From Seison nebaliae (lineage: Eukaryota), in assembly GCA_023231475.1 (NCBI GenBank), contig JALJEE010003011.1:13566-77565 (forward strand): DNA of 64,000 nucleotides, written 5' to 3'. The position numbers and the translations under genes were made by a program. A model generated the notes under the pieces. That model had not been told where the DNA came from. It saw nothing but the letters and a program-made list of their open reading frames with translations, and did no database searches. Below, one piece after another: positions 61,612 to 64,000 of this stretch (position 1 is its first letter; each line of letters starts with the position of its first letter).

Positions 61612-63525
61612 ATTCCGAAACTTTTGCATGACAACTGTTTTATCAAATGGAAAAATTTCAGTCGTCCGGAATGCCGATCTCAATGTGCTGTCAACATTTT
61701 TGCTGTCAACGTTCAGATTTCCCATTTGTGGGAATAATCGTTTGATGGCCAGAACTTTGGAGTGTATGGGTAATTAATCATTTATCTCTTTTGATGAATT
61801 ATCCAATTATTTGGAGCAATCTGGTTCATATTACAGAACCTTTAATAATTCACGAAAATCTATTAGAAATTCCCCTATTTCCAAGAAATATGCCATTTGA
61901 AAGTAAAAATGTTTGCAGCTAATCCTAACTATTTGATTCGTTTAGATGACAAGCGCTCCTTGGAAGGAAAAAGACGAGGAAACAATTCAGATATGGTGTC
62001 AGAGGGTTGATAAGAAGAAATGAAGGACTAATGTTCTCTGAGTTAACAGATAATAATAACTCTGCCAAATTTTGGTCTCTCATAAGAAGTAAGAACGATA
62101 ATTCTTATAAGTCTATCTAAGTTAATGAATTCGTTAATCTCTTTCGTTCTTCTATACATGAATATTTCGTACATGACTCATCCATTTCACCAACACACGA
62201 AGTATGATCAATAATTAATCCATCCTTAGCGTTTAGTGAAGTTACTGTTACGGAATTCAAGAGAGCGTTAACATGTATGAACTTATCTAAATATCATGGT
62301 GTCCCAAGTTAGTAGCGGGACTTGATGGTAATTCGATTCAATTGATAATCAACTACATTAATGAGACATTTCTCACAAGGGAACCTCAACTACATCGTAG
62401 TCGAAATCGGACTTAAAACTTCGCATAGTGATAGAACATTATTTATCACCGCCGAAAATGATTTTTTCTAAGGTGTATAGTCAAAATACAATGCGCACAT
62501 TAATTTAAAAAAAAAGTATACAGTTAAAAGTTAAGACAATAATAATAATTATCGCAAGCATTCTCTGGATCAATTTTTTTTCTTCGGATTTGATCGAATT
62601 GTTTGCAAATTGGACGAAACGAATTATTTATTAAGAGATGTATGCCAGCAACTAACCCAATCAAAATAAAACTTTAGATTATGAAGATCAAAAAATATTC
62701 GACGAATTATTAGGAATTGATTTCCTCGGGAACATAAGAATTCTAGGTCGAATATTATTTACAAATTCTGAATTATTACGCGGATATGAGGCTACTGGCC
62801 ATAAACAAAGAAGAAATCAGTACAATCATTTGGATAAAATTAGAATTAAGCGATTGATAAGTTTTTTTTAAATATGTCTATTTGTTTTAATTTATTTTGA
62901 TTTCTTTTTAGGTCAGGATACCTAACATGAAATATGACGGTAATTTCCCAAATAGTGCAATTTCCGACGTCCGAAAAATCCTTGCACAAATGTGCTCAGA
63001 CAAACTCTTTTCCAACAAAGAAAATAATATCTAATATCTCTTTAAATTTTTCAATTTTATGTTTTAACTTTAAATAAATAAATTGTTATCTTATTAAATC
63101 TTCTCCTTACTTTAAATTATGATCTTGACTATTAATTAAGAACTTAACAGGTATAACATGCCATTTACATTTAAATATTATAATATCACGGTGAAGCCTT
63201 ATAATGTCTTAGAAAATACATATTTAATGTCTAGTGATACTTCTCCCAATGAATGTCACAATACATGGACTTCTACATGGGAAGTTAATTCATATTGAGT
63301 ATTCGAATAAGAGGACAACAATACTTTTTTGAAAAAAACGTAAATAAACAAAAAGTTATTTCTTATTAACGAAAGAAATTTTATAATAAAATTGATAGTT
63401 AATCCTGTCGGGAAGAAAGCCGAAAAATTTTCGGATGAATACATTTGTAATTATCCTGAATTATCGATCGGCGTGCACTTTACTTGAGAAACATTTCGAA
63501 AAGTCACATTAGTTAGTTAATTCAA

Positions 63526-64000
63526 ATGTTAGTTGGAATTTTGGTGGAATTCATTTATGTTCTTTCGTTGGTGGGTGGTAAACGCATCAAGTCGAACATC
63601 GGTTATCTTGTGGAAAATATACATATAACGGACACGGAATTTCAAGACGGATCATTTGATATTGATGTAACGGGAAAAAACTTGTACATCGTTAAATCAA
63701 TTCATGAAAAACCCACTTTGACAAGTAATACTTTTAAATGTGCATGCAAATTAGCAATTTCTACACACCATAATATCAACTCAGAGAGTTGCGTTGCGGA
63801 ACTTCCTCTAGTTACTGAATCGAGATCATTGTCTATTCTCGTAGGAAGAAACGGTCACCCATGGTCTGGTAATCTAAAAGATCCGACAAAGCATATCAAT
63901 CTTCCACCACTTGATCTTCAAACCATATCATCCAATTCTCCTCATTATTTCCATACGAGTATCACTTCTTCTATCTATAAGGAAGTTAATTTATATTTTA
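63526..64000 (+). CDS. Partial CDS (5' end) of a hypothetical secreted or membrane protein; runs off the window end
   Basis: The frame is open from ATG at 63526 to the last base (>155 codons). The hydrophobic N-terminus 'MLVGILVEFIYVLSLVGG' resembles a signal peptide, followed by '...DIDVTGKNLYIVKSIHEKPTLTSNTFKCACKLAISTHHNINSESCVAELPLV...'. Absent from the ORF track because it is incomplete. Confidence 0.35.
   Translation, partial: MLVGILVEFIYVLSLVGGKRIKSNIGYLVENIHITDTEFQDGSFDIDVTGKNLYIVKSIHEKPTLTSNTFKCACKLAISTHHNINSESCVAELPLVTESRSLSILVGRNGHPWSGNLKDPTKHINLPPLDLQTISSNSPHYFHTSITSSIYKEVNLYF

Noticed and set aside
61516-61737. Two overlapping opposite-strand ORFs (61516..61725 -, 61549..61737 +) with near-identical peptides
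   Set aside because: This is an artefact of the 34-nt and 14-nt perfect palindromes: the two strands read almost the same. There is no coding evidence.
1-64000. Prokaryotic-style novel system (defence island, CRISPR array, operon, phage or integrative element)
   Set aside because: The DNA is eukaryotic: spliceosomal introns, metazoan-specific genes (TGF-beta ligand, MTF-1, CFAP58, TEP1, LIN9), monocistronic genes on both strands, and no Shine-Dalgarno-spaced operons or CRISPR repeats. The most unusual content is the divergent TGF-beta ligand, the unassigned giant ORF and the palindrome/repeat-bearing gene-poor tail.
1-64000. Dictyostelium or another non-animal AT-rich protist as the source, suggested by CAA poly-Q, poly-N and AT-richness
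   Set aside because: Flagellar CFAP58, a furin-processed TGF-beta cystine-knot ligand, MTF-1, LIN9 and TEP1 together indicate a metazoan. Ciliates are excluded because long ORFs use TAA/TAG as stops, not Gln.

Overview
This window is eukaryotic (metazoan) nuclear DNA, not prokaryotic. It is AT-rich (roughly 30-35% GC by eye), very gene-dense, and uses a standard genetic code with strong A/T third-position bias. Genes are either very long intronless ORFs or multi-exon genes with canonical GT-AG introns of only 43-77 nt. I could reconstruct four exon-by-exon models from the sequence: CFAP58, MND1, RPRD1 and a small COA3-like gene. Many proteins carry CAA-encoded poly-Q and poly-N/D/E low-complexity inserts.

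About 17 protein-coding genes are supported:
- an importin-beta family karyopherin
- a greatly expanded LIN9 (DIRP-domain) protein
- MND1
- a RAD17-like checkpoint clamp loader
- CFAP58 (12 exons)
- a divergent furin-processed TGF-beta-family ligand
- a 3,325-aa intronless low-complexity protein of unknown identity
- DNA polymerase theta (helicase plus family-A polymerase in one 2,032-aa ORF)
- a multi-pass membrane protein with a PPxY motif
- RPRD1 (CID domain)
- MTF-1 (six C2H2 fingers plus a Cys cluster)
- a TEP1-like TROVE/NACHT/WD40 protein (2,297 aa)
- several hypotheticals, including partial genes at both window edges

There are no rRNA or tRNA genes, CRISPR arrays, or prokaryotic defence or mobile-element hallmarks.

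Intergenic space carries dinucleotide microsatellites, (CA/TG)n and (CT)n, placed next to gene ends. It also carries a nested inverted/direct-repeat element, a 34-nt perfect palindrome, and a 4-5 kb gene-poor 3' segment with decayed internal sub-repeats.

Several ORF-track entries begin with non-ATG codons rendered as M; I re-set starts to the first ATG. Most small ORFs are antisense or low-complexity mirror artefacts.

The compactness, ~55-nt introns, AT-richness and the presence of cilia, meiosis and TGF-beta genes point to a small-genome invertebrate such as a rotifer, orthonectid or similar. I cannot assign the species from sequence alone.
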